Positions 20,201 to 29,700 of a stretch of 64,000 nt of DNA are shown piece after piece. Origin of the DNA: Candidatus Latescibacterota bacterium (lineage in GTDB: Bacteria > Latescibacterota > UBA2968 > GCA-2709665); NCBI GenBank assembly GCA_965116875.1, contig OZ220733.1, positions 2,560,001 through 2,624,000 on the forward strand. The letters are read 5' to 3'. Position 1 is the stretch's first letter, and every line of letters begins with the position of its first letter. The notes beneath the pieces are model-generated. The model was not told where the DNA came from. It worked only from the letters and a program-made list of their open reading frames with translations, and ran no database searches. A program made the translations under genes and the position numbers.

Positions 20201-23200
20201 AACACCTCGACCTGAGCAGTACCCGAATCACCAGCCTTCCCACGGACGTCTTCTCCAACCTGTCCGGGCTAAAGCGCCTCGACCTGGAGTATGCCCGGCT
20301 CACCAGCTTTCCGCCGACCGTGTTCTCCAGCTTGTCGTCGCTCGAACACCTCGGCCTGAACCTCAATAGGATGAGCAGTGGCAGCCTAGACGCCGGCCTG
20401 TTCTCCGGGCTGACGTCCCTGACTCATCTTGACCTGCGCAGCATGGATCTCACCTCCGTGCCCGCCAACCTCTTCTCCGGGCTGACTGACCTCGAGTTCC
20501 TCGATCTGGGCTACAACAACGACCTCGCCACACTGCCGGCGACCGTCTTTTCAGACCTGACGGAACTGAGAACGCTGAACATGAGAACCAACGACATCTC
20601 CACCCTGCCGGTGGACCTTCTCTCCGGACTGACGGAGCTGAGATCGCTGGACCTCAGACAATGGGACCTGTCGAAACTGCCGGACGGCGCCTTTTCCGGA
20701 CTGACGAAGCTGACCAAGCTCCAACTCCAGTGGAACACGGTCGACCCCCTGCCGATCACCGTGTCGTTGGAATCGGCAGGGACGGATCAGTTCGTTGCCA
20801 CAGCACACACCGGCGCACCCTTTGATATGGTTCTTCCGCTGCGGCTTTCCAACGGCGAGATCGACGGTGGAGAGACGAATATTACGATCTCCCAGGGCAG
20901 CGTCAGGAGCGAGCCACTCACGGTTTCCCGCACCGCCGGGACCAGTGCGGCGGTCACCGTCGATCTCGGGGCGCTGCCGGAACTGCCCGGGAACGACAAC
21001 GGCTACGAGTTGGTGCGGTCCGCCGACCTGCCTCTGGTCGTCATCGCCGCCGAGAAAGGCGTGGAGATCTATCCCACGGAACTGACCCTGGCGGAGGACG
21101 ACAGCGACACCTACACGGTGTTGCTGACCATGGAGCCCACCGCCGACGTGACGGTGACGGTGACCGTGCCCTCTGGGGCCGATGTCACCGTGAACCCGTC
21201 GCCACTGACCTTCACCACCGGCAACTGGGATGCGCCGCAGACCGTGACGGTGAGTACCAGCGCCGACACCGACACCGACGACGACGAGGTCACCCTGACC
21301 CACACGGTGAGCGGCGGCGGCTACCAGAGCGTGACCGCCGCCGACGTGGAAGTGACGGTCACGGAGACCGCGGTCACTGCCAACAGCCCGCCGTCCATCT
21401 TCCACAATTCCTGGACCGTGGATGAAAACTTCACCGGTACCATTTCCATAGTAGGAACGGATCCGGATGACAGGGACTATATCACCGGATATGAACTTAC
21501 CGGAGGACGCGACCGGGCGCTGTTCGGGATCGTCACCCGCGGTGGACAGGGCGAGCTTTCCTTCGTCTCCATACCGGACTACGAGCGTCCGGCCGGCACG
21601 AGCAACCGGAATGAGATCGTCGTCACGGTCACCAGCGGCATGGGTACCCGGCAACGGACGGGGCAGCAGCAGATCGCCATCAATGTTTCCGACGTGGACG
21701 AACCCCCGGGCCGGCCGCCGGCGCCAAGGCTGAGTTTCCGAGACGGGATTACTCCCACCATCGCGGTGAGCATGGGGGGCCGGATCCCGCCGGTGAATAC
21801 GGGGCCGGAAATCACTGGCTGGGGAGTGCAATACCGGGAGAAGGACAGCGGCGACGATTTCACCAGTGCCACGTACACGTCCGGGACCCTGGACGGGCGG
21901 ATCGAGAATCTGACGAAAGGCCTTACTTACGAGGTGCAGGTGCAGGCGAAGAACGACGAAGGGGACAGTGAGTGGTCCCCCTCGGAGGAGATAGAGATTC
22001 CCAACCAGCCGCCGGTCGCCGTCGGCTCCTTCGACGATCTCACGCTGGCGGTGGGAGGCGCCGTCGAGATCGTATCCGTAGACGGCGTGTTCAGCAGCCC
22101 GGACCGGGACCTGCTCACCTATACCGCGTCGTCCGGCAACACGGCTGCCGCTACCGTCCGGATGATCGCCACGGAGATCCTCGTAGATCCGCAGGCCGCC
22201 GGTAGCGCGACAATCACGGTGACGGCCAGCGATCCTTACGGGGCATCCGACTCGGAGACGTTCGACGTCACGGTCCAGACACCGACCCTTTCGGCGCCCA
22301 ACCTGACCATTGCCGGCAACCTCTTCACGCTGTCATTCACCGATGATTTCGCGGCCGACGAAACGCGGGCGTACACGGTCAGGATCCGGCACAAGTCGAA
22401 TCATGGACCCTGGGCGACGGGGTGTCATACCGAGACCAACGATGAAGCTTCGCAACAATCCATTTCGGTGACGCTGGAGGACGCGGTGTCGGATTTCTTC
22501 GAGCCGGGCTCCACGTATGAGGCGGACTACGGCTACCTGGGGTCATCCTGCGACGGCAGCCTGACGGGTTCCAGGTCCGCGACCGACGAGGAGACCACTT
22601 CCGGGTCCGCTTCCTTCGATATCGAGCTTGTCTTCGTCGGCAGCGTCTCCTCGACATACCGGACCTATGTTGAAGACGCGGCCGAGCGCTGGGAGGAGAT
22701 CATCACCGGCGATCTTCCCAACCATCGTTTACCCAGCAGCAATCGCAGTTTCCTGAATGGGGAATTTCCGGGGACTGCCGCCCCCGAGGTTGTGGATGAT
22801 CTCCTGCTCTACGTGCGCGTCGTTGACCTGGTCGGTGTGATCGGACAGGGGGCGTCGGTGGTGCACCGGATCCCCTCCTTCCTGCCTGCCGTATCCCGAA
22901 TAAAGCTCGATACGGACATACTGAGCACGTATTCGGAAGAAATACAGAGAGCCGTCGTTCTGCACGAGATAGGCCACGCGCTGGGATTCTCAGCCAAAGC
23001 CTGGACATTTCTCGACCTGCTGAAGGACCCCTCCCTCACTCCATTCCAAACTCCCATCGATCCCGCTCCGGACACCTATTTCCCGGGCGCCAAGGCGATT
23101 GCCGCCTTCGACGCGGCGGGCGGAACGAGCTACACCGGCGCCAGGGTGCCGGTGGAGAACTCCGGCGGAGCGGGCAGCCGGGACAGCCACTGGCGGGAAT

Positions 23201-23478
23201 CCGTAATGGACGGCGAACTGATGACGTCAAGGCTGGAAGCCTATTCCAATCCGCTCAGCGCAATCACCATCCAGGCGATGGCCGACCTGGGCTACACCGT
23301 GGACGTCACGCAGGCCGACGCCTACACCCTGCCTGCCTCTTCAAAGATCGCGATAGGAACTGCCGCAGAGCAGGTTCCGCTCAACTGTGTGATTGAACAC
23401 ACGGAGATCGTGGCCGATCAGCCCGAACCCGTCATTCTGAATCTTCGCAGGGTCAGTGACAGTCAAACCCAGGAGTAA
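14278..23478 (+). CDS. Giant (3066 aa) secreted adhesin-peptidase: cohesin-like, dockerin-like, alternating cadherin/FN3, SwmB-like Ig, typical-class LRR array, further Ig/cadherin/FN3, leishmanolysin (M8)-like peptidase
   Basis: PDFDGNGVVGFSDF...YDLDGDGGIGFDDF; repeated WDAPxNTGPxIxDYDVQYR FN3; LxxLPxxxFSGLxxL LRRs; HEIGHALGF...DSHWRE...GELMT. Confidence 0.92.
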   Translation: MDNRTVLPENDVGIQRLAPGVLILLCLLLFVLPWSPSTQPSGFSLTLDLDAAAGDQSVPSLDLLPDQSFSIQIFGTDIQGATGVSIRLRFDASQVTYEGIDAGDALPYAQEVAEEDSSSVRIGVSSLTGSATKSSGWIGTLRFRTTDAFSDTEIWLVDAELTRAGQTETISPAVGVALQVAAPPSPDFDGNGVVGFSDFVAFAGLFGARRGDGKYVAAYDLDGDGGIGFDDFVVFASSFGAEANRAPVFSVSTPVARTMEENTAAGEPIGDPVSATDADGDSLTYRLRGVHADSFSIEAGTGQLLTREGVAYDHEARNTYSVTVRASDGQGGRATIVAGITVTDVDEPPTAAPDSVAVASLDSALSVTWLAAMDEAGRPPVSGYEVGHKQADAEAWPEGMLLVEGRTDTGVTIPGLTNEQAYHVRVRTMNEEGGSPWSETVAGAPTAGPRPRGVVRDLKVDVDSVAQVNLAGLFTRPALGTLTYDATSSNEGVATVTVSDTLAAVRGVRAGRATLTATAGDVHGNSAQTTFGVIVTGTGPPPGTGGGGGGGPVGPIGPFVPPTPPQPPQPPANNRAPTFDDGGSTARTVAENTPARRPIQHPVRATDPDGHRVTYRLSGPDSASFSVDTGSGQLRTLSGVTYDFEDNDRYSVDLEGSDPYGESATIGVTIHVADVNEPPEIPAAPLVQPASTTSLTVTWDAPDNTGPDITDYDVQYRKSGSFLPHTHDGPGTSATISDLDVNTRYEVQVRATNDEGTSQYSRSGFGTTSANLPPVFAEGRSTTREVAENTTGVLDLGSPVSATDPENTAVTYRLTRGDVESFDIDANTGQLQTADDVDYDFETKNRYSVTVEAQDEQGGLATITVTINVTDDDSEDPEAPDRPTVTAQTLSSLSIRWTAPANTGPAINDYDVQYRQGSSGSFSPWTHDGPSTTTTVTGLNPNTAYQVQVLARSPEGESSWSASADARTVANRAPTFNEGTSTTRSLVENTTGTNDIGNPLNARDHDGGTLTYALEGTDRAAFALDGNQLQTFTGQTYDFEAKPRYDVIVRVEDGQGGSNTIAVRINLTDQQEKPGTPDAPDVAAASSTSLEVTWDEPANTGPDVNDYDVQYRQGESGGFRSWAHNSTERTATITALVPDSSYQVQVLARSPEGTSDWSESGTGSTDPNQPPEFTDGNSATRTLAENTTGVKDIGDPVSATDAEMTTPTYALEGTHADSFSIDTRSGQLKTRSGRTYDFEALSRYSVSVKATDGHGGEGSIPVSIDLTDLNEVPVFTGEATLEAAENQSFAGTVAAADPDMGDAITDYTITAGSDRARLDISSTGALTFRDDPDFERPVDAGSNNRYVVQITVTGGSGGRALTAAQTVTVNVTDENEPPHFTSADTFAIKENVQLAGRLAAQDVDRDDGITGYTVSGGADRDDFEIKNTRELHFKEDPDFERPADAEGDNEYTVQVEVTGGADTRALTATQTITVTVEDDVEPPGKPAPPVVSDTTESSLTVRWDEPDNTGPELTNYFLQYRDTGSFTASPDSSTTRNRTLSNLRAGRTYQFQVQAKNDEGTGPWSNIGSGTTLTAPTVSNIAFSSTPPSGQNSTYKKDDVIDVTVTFTEAVTVTGTPQIDLTIGSIVRGADYKSGSTTTQLLFRYTVTDIDEDTNGATINANGLKLNGGSIVRSNSTINADLAHAARANQSSHNVDGKAPTPTKAEVDGDELTLTYGERLDVASRPAAGDFAVTVDSEARSVTAVVMSNTALTLTLASAVSTGETVALAYTPGANPIRDRARNPAGTLSNLAVTNLQDVCNRTAQVRDEIVDEAGVSACGDVTADHLAAITRLSLSDESISTLKAGDFAGLTSLETLYLSDNSISTLPANIFSDLSALEELYLKQNNLSNLGANTFSGLTSLSSLDMSFSQLGDFDAGLFSGLTSLTHLDLLSAGIFNLPANGFSALTALETLILRSNPLGDLAADEFSGLSGLEHLDLSSTRITSLPTDVFSNLSGLKRLDLEYARLTSFPPTVFSSLSSLEHLGLNLNRMSSGSLDAGLFSGLTSLTHLDLRSMDLTSVPANLFSGLTDLEFLDLGYNNDLATLPATVFSDLTELRTLNMRTNDISTLPVDLLSGLTELRSLDLRQWDLSKLPDGAFSGLTKLTKLQLQWNTVDPLPITVSLESAGTDQFVATAHTGAPFDMVLPLRLSNGEIDGGETNITISQGSVRSEPLTVSRTAGTSAAVTVDLGALPELPGNDNGYELVRSADLPLVVIAAEKGVEIYPTELTLAEDDSDTYTVLLTMEPTADVTVTVTVPSGADVTVNPSPLTFTTGNWDAPQTVTVSTSADTDTDDDEVTLTHTVSGGGYQSVTAADVEVTVTETAVTANSPPSIFHNSWTVDENFTGTISIVGTDPDDRDYITGYELTGGRDRALFGIVTRGGQGELSFVSIPDYERPAGTSNRNEIVVTVTSGMGTRQRTGQQQIAINVSDVDEPPGRPPAPRLSFRDGITPTIAVSMGGRIPPVNTGPEITGWGVQYREKDSGDDFTSATYTSGTLDGRIENLTKGLTYEVQVQAKNDEGDSEWSPSEEIEIPNQPPVAVGSFDDLTLAVGGAVEIVSVDGVFSSPDRDLLTYTASSGNTAAATVRMIATEILVDPQAAGSATITVTASDPYGASDSETFDVTVQTPTLSAPNLTIAGNLFTLSFTDDFAADETRAYTVRIRHKSNHGPWATGCHTETNDEASQQSISVTLEDAVSDFFEPGSTYEADYGYLGSSCDGSLTGSRSATDEETTSGSASFDIELVFVGSVSSTYRTYVEDAAERWEEIITGDLPNHRLPSSNRSFLNGEFPGTAAPEVVDDLLLYVRVVDLVGVIGQGASVVHRIPSFLPAVSRIKLDTDILSTYSEEIQRAVVLHEIGHALGFSAKAWTFLDLLKDPSLTPFQTPIDPAPDTYFPGAKAIAAFDAAGGTSYTGARVPVENSGGAGSRDSHWRESVMDGELMTSRLEAYSNPLSAITIQAMADLGYTVDVTQADAYTLPASSKIAIGTAAEQVPLNCVIEHTEIVADQPEPVILNLRRVSDSQTQE
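15099..15917 (+). repeat. Near-identical direct repeat of about 9257-10075 (cadherin-FN3-Ig block shared by the two M8 proteins)
   Basis: Constant offset of 5842 bp with long identical runs. Confidence 0.88.
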
Positions 23479-23644
23479 AGCATATAAAGCAAGAGTACGT
23501 ACGACGTTCCCGCCTCGTCAGTCGATTCCACTTCCCCCTCCCACGACACGCCCGCGGTCGTGCGCTCAGTCGTCCCTCCGGCCCCCGTGCAGTCTATCCT
23601 GTCTTTTCTTCCTTATTACCAGTCGTCGCGCACCTGTGAACGGC

Positions 23645-26128
23645 CTATTCGGCTGCGCCAAGACGATAGCCCACGTTGTGTTCGCTGAAGATGTACGTGG
23701 GGTCCTTCGCGGAGTCGCCCAGTTTGCGACGGATTTTCTTTACGGCGGCGTGCACCGGACGCCTGTCACGGATTTCCGTCCTGCCCCAGACACGTCCCAA
23801 CAGATCCTCATGGAGCACGGTCCGGCCGGCGGAGATCGAGAGATCCTGCAGCAACAGGAACTCGATTCTGGTTAGATCCAACGGCTTTCCCGCGATCGTC
23901 ACACGGCGGCGAGCGTAGTCAATCTTCAGATCTCCCATCACGAACGGTTCAGATGGTACGACCTGACCGGGAGGCGTCCGGCTCCGAAGGATCGCCCGGA
24001 TTCTGGCCGTCAACTCCGACGGCGAAAAGGGCTTAACCAGGTAATCCGCTGCTCCGTTGTCGAAGGCCCGGACGACGGCGTCTTCGTGACCGTAGGCCGA
24101 AAGGAACATGACCGGCACGTCGGCTTTTTCATTGATCTTCCGCATCAGATCGATCCCGTCGCCGCCGGGAAGCACAAGGTCCAGCAACACCAGTCTGGGC
24201 TCGTGCTCTTCCACGAGTTGCAGCGCTTCGCCCGGTTCGCCGGTAACGACGGATTCGAACCCGGCCCGCGACAGGGCTTTCCGAATGCTGCGCAGCGTCT
24301 GCGGGTCATCGTCTACCGCCAGGATTTTCATTCGTCCATTTGAATCCCTTCGCGGTCCTTCCCGGGGAACACCGGACGGTCCGGTGTCGACGTCTGCTAC
24401 GCCGTCGGCGACCGGAATGGTGAATTTGAGCCGGGTTTCCGCGCCTTCCCCGTCGCTTTCGGCCCAGATCCGGCCTCCGTGCGCCTCCACAATTCCCCTG
24501 CATATGGAAAGTCCCCATCCGGATTGGGCATCGCAGTCCGATCCCGTGTCGCTGTCGTGCCGGGAAAACTTGCGAAACAGATGCGTTATGCGTTCCGGGG
24601 GCAGTCCGCGCCCTTTGTCGGTTACGCAGATCGTCAGATTTCCGTCCTCCTGCTGAGCGGTCAGCAGGATCGGTGAAGCCTCCGGTGAATTCTGAGCCGC
24701 GTTGGTCAGCAGATTAACCAGAACCTGCGCAATCCTCCCGGGGTCCGCCATGACGGGCGGCAGGCCCGGTTCGATGTCAATGTGAATGTTGTCCCTGCTG
24801 GCGCCGCTCAGAAAGGTGTTTCGAGCTTTATCCACCAGGCCCGTCAATCTCACCGGAACGGGATCGACAACGAGGGTTCCCGTCTCAATGCGCGCCACGT
24901 CCAGCAGATCGTTGATCAATAGGCCCATATGCTCGGCATGCTCACGGATAATGCGCATGAACTGGACCATTTCGGCCTGACGATACGGAAACGTGTCGCG
25001 CATGGCCGCAGACGCCGAACCCGTGATGGCGGCCAGCGGCGCGCGTAGCTCGTGGCTTACGATGGCCAGGAACTCGGCCCGCAGGCGTTCCAGTTCCTCC
25101 AGCGGCGCCATGTCCTGAAGCGTCACGACAACGGACTCCAACCGGCCGCTATCGGAGCGATTCGGAGTCGCGTTTACGATCGCGGTAACGCTGCGGCCGT
25201 CGGGGACCTTCAAGGTGACCTCTTCCGCGCGCACGGTCTCTCCTGTTCCCAGCACTTCTACAACGGGAAACTCCTTGAGAGAAAACTCGCTCCCGTCGGC
25301 CCGCCGCACGGTCAACGTCTGAAGAAGGTGTTCGGGGTCGCGATTGTCCGTCAGCAGGGCGCCGGCGATTCTCAGCGCCTCCCTGTTAAACGATATCGGC
25401 CTTCCCTGGTTGGCGTCCATGACGACCACGCCAACGGGTGTGGTGTCGATCAGCGTCTCCAGGTTGGCCACGGCCCGGCGTTCGTCCCGGTAGCGGCGGG
25501 CGTTCGTGATCACCAGGCCAGCCTGGGCGGCAAACGTCACCAGGGTCTCTTCGTCTCCCTCCGTGAAGGCCCTGCCTGCCTCCTTCTCGACCAGGAAAAT
25601 CGTCCCCACTCTCTCTTCTCGATGGCGGATCGGCGCCACCAGGCACGTCAGCTTCGGACTCACCGGCATTGCCGGTTGAAAATCGGGCAGCCCCAGGCGC
25701 CGTACGTGGCTGTGCATATCCCCAAGCCTCAGCGGTCGGTCCACGAAGGCGAAGGTATCGAACAGGGCCTCGTTTTCCGGTACCTGCCGAAGCCGCCGGA
25801 CCTGCTTGCGCGTGAGTCCGGAGGAAATGCAGTCCTGTATCCGCCGCCCATCCTCCGTCACAGACAACAGTCCGTACTTCGCGTCGGTCAATGAACGGGC
25901 GCTGTCCAGAACACGCTGCAAAACCGACTCTAAGTCAAGACTCTCGTTGATGCGCTGAAACGCCGTGCCCATGCGTGAGAGGCGTCCTCGCAATACTTCG
26001 TTCTCATGCTGGAGCTTTTCGACCGGATGCATCATCTCCTCCACCTGCGCGGGCAATTGCATTCTCCCTGACTGCCCGAACGATGTGTCGGAACACAAGT
26101 ACCGGTTTCCCTGCCGCAATTCCGACAC
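23645..26128 (-). CDS. Cytoplasmic hybrid sensor kinase/response regulator (GAF-PAS-HisKA-HATPase-REC-OmpR wHTH), copy 2; true start probably 26062 or 26035
   Basis: SHELRAPL, NLLTNA, DKGRG, SGWGL, AVDDD, LLDLVLPG, KPFS, IFSEHNVGYRL; colinear with 2930-5344. Confidence 0.92.
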   Translation of the reverse strand: MSELRQGNRYLCSDTSFGQSGRMQLPAQVEEMMHPVEKLQHENEVLRGRLSRMGTAFQRINESLDLESVLQRVLDSARSLTDAKYGLLSVTEDGRRIQDCISSGLTRKQVRRLRQVPENEALFDTFAFVDRPLRLGDMHSHVRRLGLPDFQPAMPVSPKLTCLVAPIRHREERVGTIFLVEKEAGRAFTEGDEETLVTFAAQAGLVITNARRYRDERRAVANLETLIDTTPVGVVVMDANQGRPISFNREALRIAGALLTDNRDPEHLLQTLTVRRADGSEFSLKEFPVVEVLGTGETVRAEEVTLKVPDGRSVTAIVNATPNRSDSGRLESVVVTLQDMAPLEELERLRAEFLAIVSHELRAPLAAITGSASAAMRDTFPYRQAEMVQFMRIIREHAEHMGLLINDLLDVARIETGTLVVDPVPVRLTGLVDKARNTFLSGASRDNIHIDIEPGLPPVMADPGRIAQVLVNLLTNAAQNSPEASPILLTAQQEDGNLTICVTDKGRGLPPERITHLFRKFSRHDSDTGSDCDAQSGWGLSICRGIVEAHGGRIWAESDGEGAETRLKFTIPVADGVADVDTGPSGVPREGPRRDSNGRMKILAVDDDPQTLRSIRKALSRAGFESVVTGEPGEALQLVEEHEPRLVLLDLVLPGGDGIDLMRKINEKADVPVMFLSAYGHEDAVVRAFDNGAADYLVKPFSPSELTARIRAILRSRTPPGQVVPSEPFVMGDLKIDYARRRVTIAGKPLDLTRIEFLLLQDLSISAGRTVLHEDLLGRVWGRTEIRDRRPVHAAVKKIRRKLGDSAKDPTYIFSEHNVGYRLGAAE

Positions 26129-26161
26129 TCGCGAATCTCAGTTGTACCGGGCGATACAATG

Positions 26162-26231
26162 ATCACGAAAAAATCATATATAATATCCCATAAATCAGCA
26201 ACAAATCATAATTAAATCGCGAAATGATCCG
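26162..26231. promoter_or_regulatory. Helically phased AATC(A) repeats in divergent promoter 2
   Basis: tcac 26163, tcat 26174, tccc 26186, tcag 26195, tcat 26206, tcgc 26217, tccg 26228. Confidence 0.5.
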
Positions 26232-26747
26232 TATCATGGTATACCATGAAATGTAAAGTCATACAAATGTAAAATACATCGGTCAGGCTTCGTCCGCCCA
26301 GCCCTGAAACCTGCCGTTCAAGCCGTTATTCGCATTTCATATTGAAAAAAGTGTAGCCCGTGACAAATCCAGGACGTTTCGGCAATCATTCGGCATTGAC
26401 CTGATCGGCGCAAACAGAGTAGACTTTATCTACGCGTCAGTCTCTTTGTCCGTAGATGGGTCAATGGTGAAAACCGCGCGCCGGATTGGCTCCATTCATG
26501 CATACTCGCATCCGGCATCAGGACAACTCACGAAGGGAGAGGAAACACCCCTTCGTTGTACACGATGGGAGCGGTCCGAAGGCGGCTTGGACGGTGGGCG
26601 TCCACCGCCTGAAGGGCAACTACGTGCCGGCAGAGGTGGCAACCGGGCTGCCGGCCTTGCCCGGCCGCTCCCAGACGCACCAGTGAAAACACCCTCATTG
26701 TATCGTAGCGCCTCCTTCTGAACTCGATCTGAAGGGAGCACATTCCA

Positions 26748-29700
26748 ATGAGCGCGCGACTCTCCAGTTTTTTTTTCTCATCAGTTCTGCTGACCCTCCT
26801 GTTCACGCCGGAGGGCTTCGAAGCTGTTGAAACAGTACCCACGACCGCGTCTCTGCGCGCGCAAGTCGACCCCAGCGAGAGCCGTTGGCCCTCGGCCGAG
26901 CGCCCGATGGGGAGATCTGAAGCGGCGGCCCGCAGGGCGGTGATGCAGTTCGTACAAGATCATCTCCGCACGCTGCCCGAGTCCGTGCGCGCGCATCCGG
27001 CGGCCGCGGACTTCCCCGGATCAGTGCCTGCCAATGCCCCGCGCATCACGCGCACCCTCAACATAGACACGACCGAACCTGTCGGGCACCTCACGAGTCC
27101 TTATTCGGAGCCGCACGAGTCTCGCTGGCATTCCACCGGCCTCTACGCCGCGCCGGGCGAACTGGTCAAGGTGACGGTGCCATCCGCGGTCGCAAGTGCC
27201 GGGCGTTTCCACGTGCGCGTGGGCGTCCACAAGGGGGATATCTCGGTCCGCGAAGAATGGACGCGCATGCCCATCATCAGCCGCCGCTTTCGGGTCGTCT
27301 CGGTCACAACCCTGGTCGCCAATGCGTTCGGCGGCCTGATCTACATCGAAGTTCCGCACAAGGCCAACCTCGGAAAGATCGCCGTCAGGATCGAAGACGC
27401 GGTGGCCGCGCCCCTGTTCGTTCTGGGGGAGACTGACCCGGGCGCATGGCGCAACGAGATCCGCCATGCGCCCGGCCCGTGGGCGGAGATCGCCGGGAGA
27501 AACATGATCGTCACCACGCCCTCTTCCGAAGTACGCGGCCTGGACGACCCGGCGGCCGTGGCGGAGACCTGGGACCGTGTGCTGGATCTGAACACGGAAC
27601 TGGCCGCCTGGCCCTCGCCCGCACGCTTGAGACGGGAGCGGTTCGTCGTGGATCGCCAGGTCAGCCATGGGTACATGCTTGCCGGCTACCCCATCTTGGC
27701 GCACCTGGACCAGCAGGCAAAGTTAGTGGACGTGGAGCACCTGCGAACGGAGGGGAACTGGGGCATGTTCCACGAGGTGGGTCACAACCACCAGAGCTTG
27801 GACTGGACGTTCGACGGCACCCTCGAAGTCGTCGTCAACCTGTTCACGCTGTACGCCTACGAGTTTCTGTGCGGGGTCCCGGTCACCGAGAGCTACTACG
27901 GCTGGATCGATCCGCGATCGCGGGCAATGATCGCGCGTTACGACTACGAAAATCCGAACTTCGAATTGTGGAAGCGCCAGCCGGCTATGGCCCTGCTCAT
28001 GTACGTGCAGATGCAGGAGGCGTTTGGCTGGGACGCCTTCCGGCAGGTGTTCACCACGTACCGCGCCCTGCCGGACGCCGAACGACCGAAGAGCGACGAC
28101 GAGAAGCGCGACCAGTGGCTGGTGCGCTTCTCCCGGCAGGTGGGCCGCAACCTCGGGCCGTTCTTTGAGGCGTGGGGCGTGCCGACGTCACCGACGGCGT
28201 GGGCCTCGATCGCCGACTTGCCTGTATGGCTGCCGTCCGACTTTCCGGAAGTGACGATGGTCTCGGACGTGGCGATCATCTCTGGCGACGACCAGCAGGG
28301 CGTGCCTGGAAAGGCCCTGGCTCAGCCCTTCGTCGTTGAAGTTCGAGACCAGAATGGCAATCCACTTTCGAATACGGTCGTCACCTTTACTGTCACTGCC
28401 GGAGAGGGCAAACTCAGTGGCAGGTTCACCTCGCAGCGTGCCAGGACCGACGTCGAAGGGCGAACCGAGTTGTTCCTTACTCTGGGACCCTTTCCAGGTC
28501 GGAACACTGTGGTGGTTTCCGTTGGCGGTCGAGTCGGGATGATTACGGCCGAGGGCGTGGGCGGCGGCGTCGTGGAACTGGAGGGAGACTACCGTACCTG
28601 GCATCTGCCGGCGTCGGCGACGGCGCGTCTGGGCAAGGGCGCCATGGGCGAGGGCGACCGTGCGGTGGCCCTTTCGCCGGACGGACGCACGCTGGCCGTT
28701 GCAAGCCACGTTGGCGTGTGGGTGTACGATGTGGCCACTACCCGGCCTCGTGCGGTGCTGCCCACGGTGCGTCCGGCAATCTCGGTGGCCATTTCGTCCA
28801 ACGGCGTCCTTGCGGCCGGCACGCACCATGCCGGGGTTGTGCTGTGGGCGGTGGCAACGGGTACGAAAATTGGGACAATGACGCATACCGGATACGTTAC
28901 CTCTGTGGTCTTTTCGCGGGACGGCACTCGCCTGGCGTCCGGTTCGTGGGAACAAGCCATCAAGGTATGGGACGTCGAGTCGAGGCGCGAGGTGGGTACA
29001 TGGGAAGTGCAGCGGACGAACGATATTCTCTACTTCATCTCCGTAGACTTCTCGCCGGACGGGAGGCGGCTGGCATCGGGCTTTCAGGACGGCACCGTCA
29101 GACTCTGGGATCTGGCCGCGCAGACGGAAGTGGCCAATCTGGAGGGGCACACGGACCGTATCACTTCGGTGTCGTTTTCTCCCGACGGCGCGCTCGTGGC
29201 ATCGGGTTCGGGGGACCGTACCGTCAGGTTATGGGACGTTTCAGCGCAAACCGAGGTCGCCGTGCTTCGGGAGCACGCAGGCCCGGTACACTCCGTATCG
29301 TTTTCTCCCGACGGCGCCGCTCTGGCATCGGGTTCGTGGGACCGCACGGTCCGGCTGTGGGACGTGGCGACTGAAGACTTGATCTCCATCTTCGAAGAGC
29401 ACAAGGATCCGATCTATTCGGTGACGTTTTCTCCCGATGGCGCCGCCCTTGTCTCCGGCGCCGCCGATGGCACAGTGCTGCTGCGAAACCTGGAGACGGG
29501 CAATGCAGCCGGGTTCTCCGGTCACGAATCCTTGATCTCGATGACGCAATCCGGCGACGGCGTTACTCTGGCTATGGGCTATAGGGACGGCACGATCAGG
29601 CTGTTGGATGCGGCCACAATGGCGAGGATTGCCGCGCTGGAAGGGCATAGGTCCGGGGTCGCTTCCGTATCGTTTTCTCCCGACGGCGCCCTCCTGGCAT

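Noticed and set aside
26446-26741. Short ORFs upstream of the M60 gene
   Set aside because: May be a gene remnant, but I could not match it to anything in the window or to a known family.
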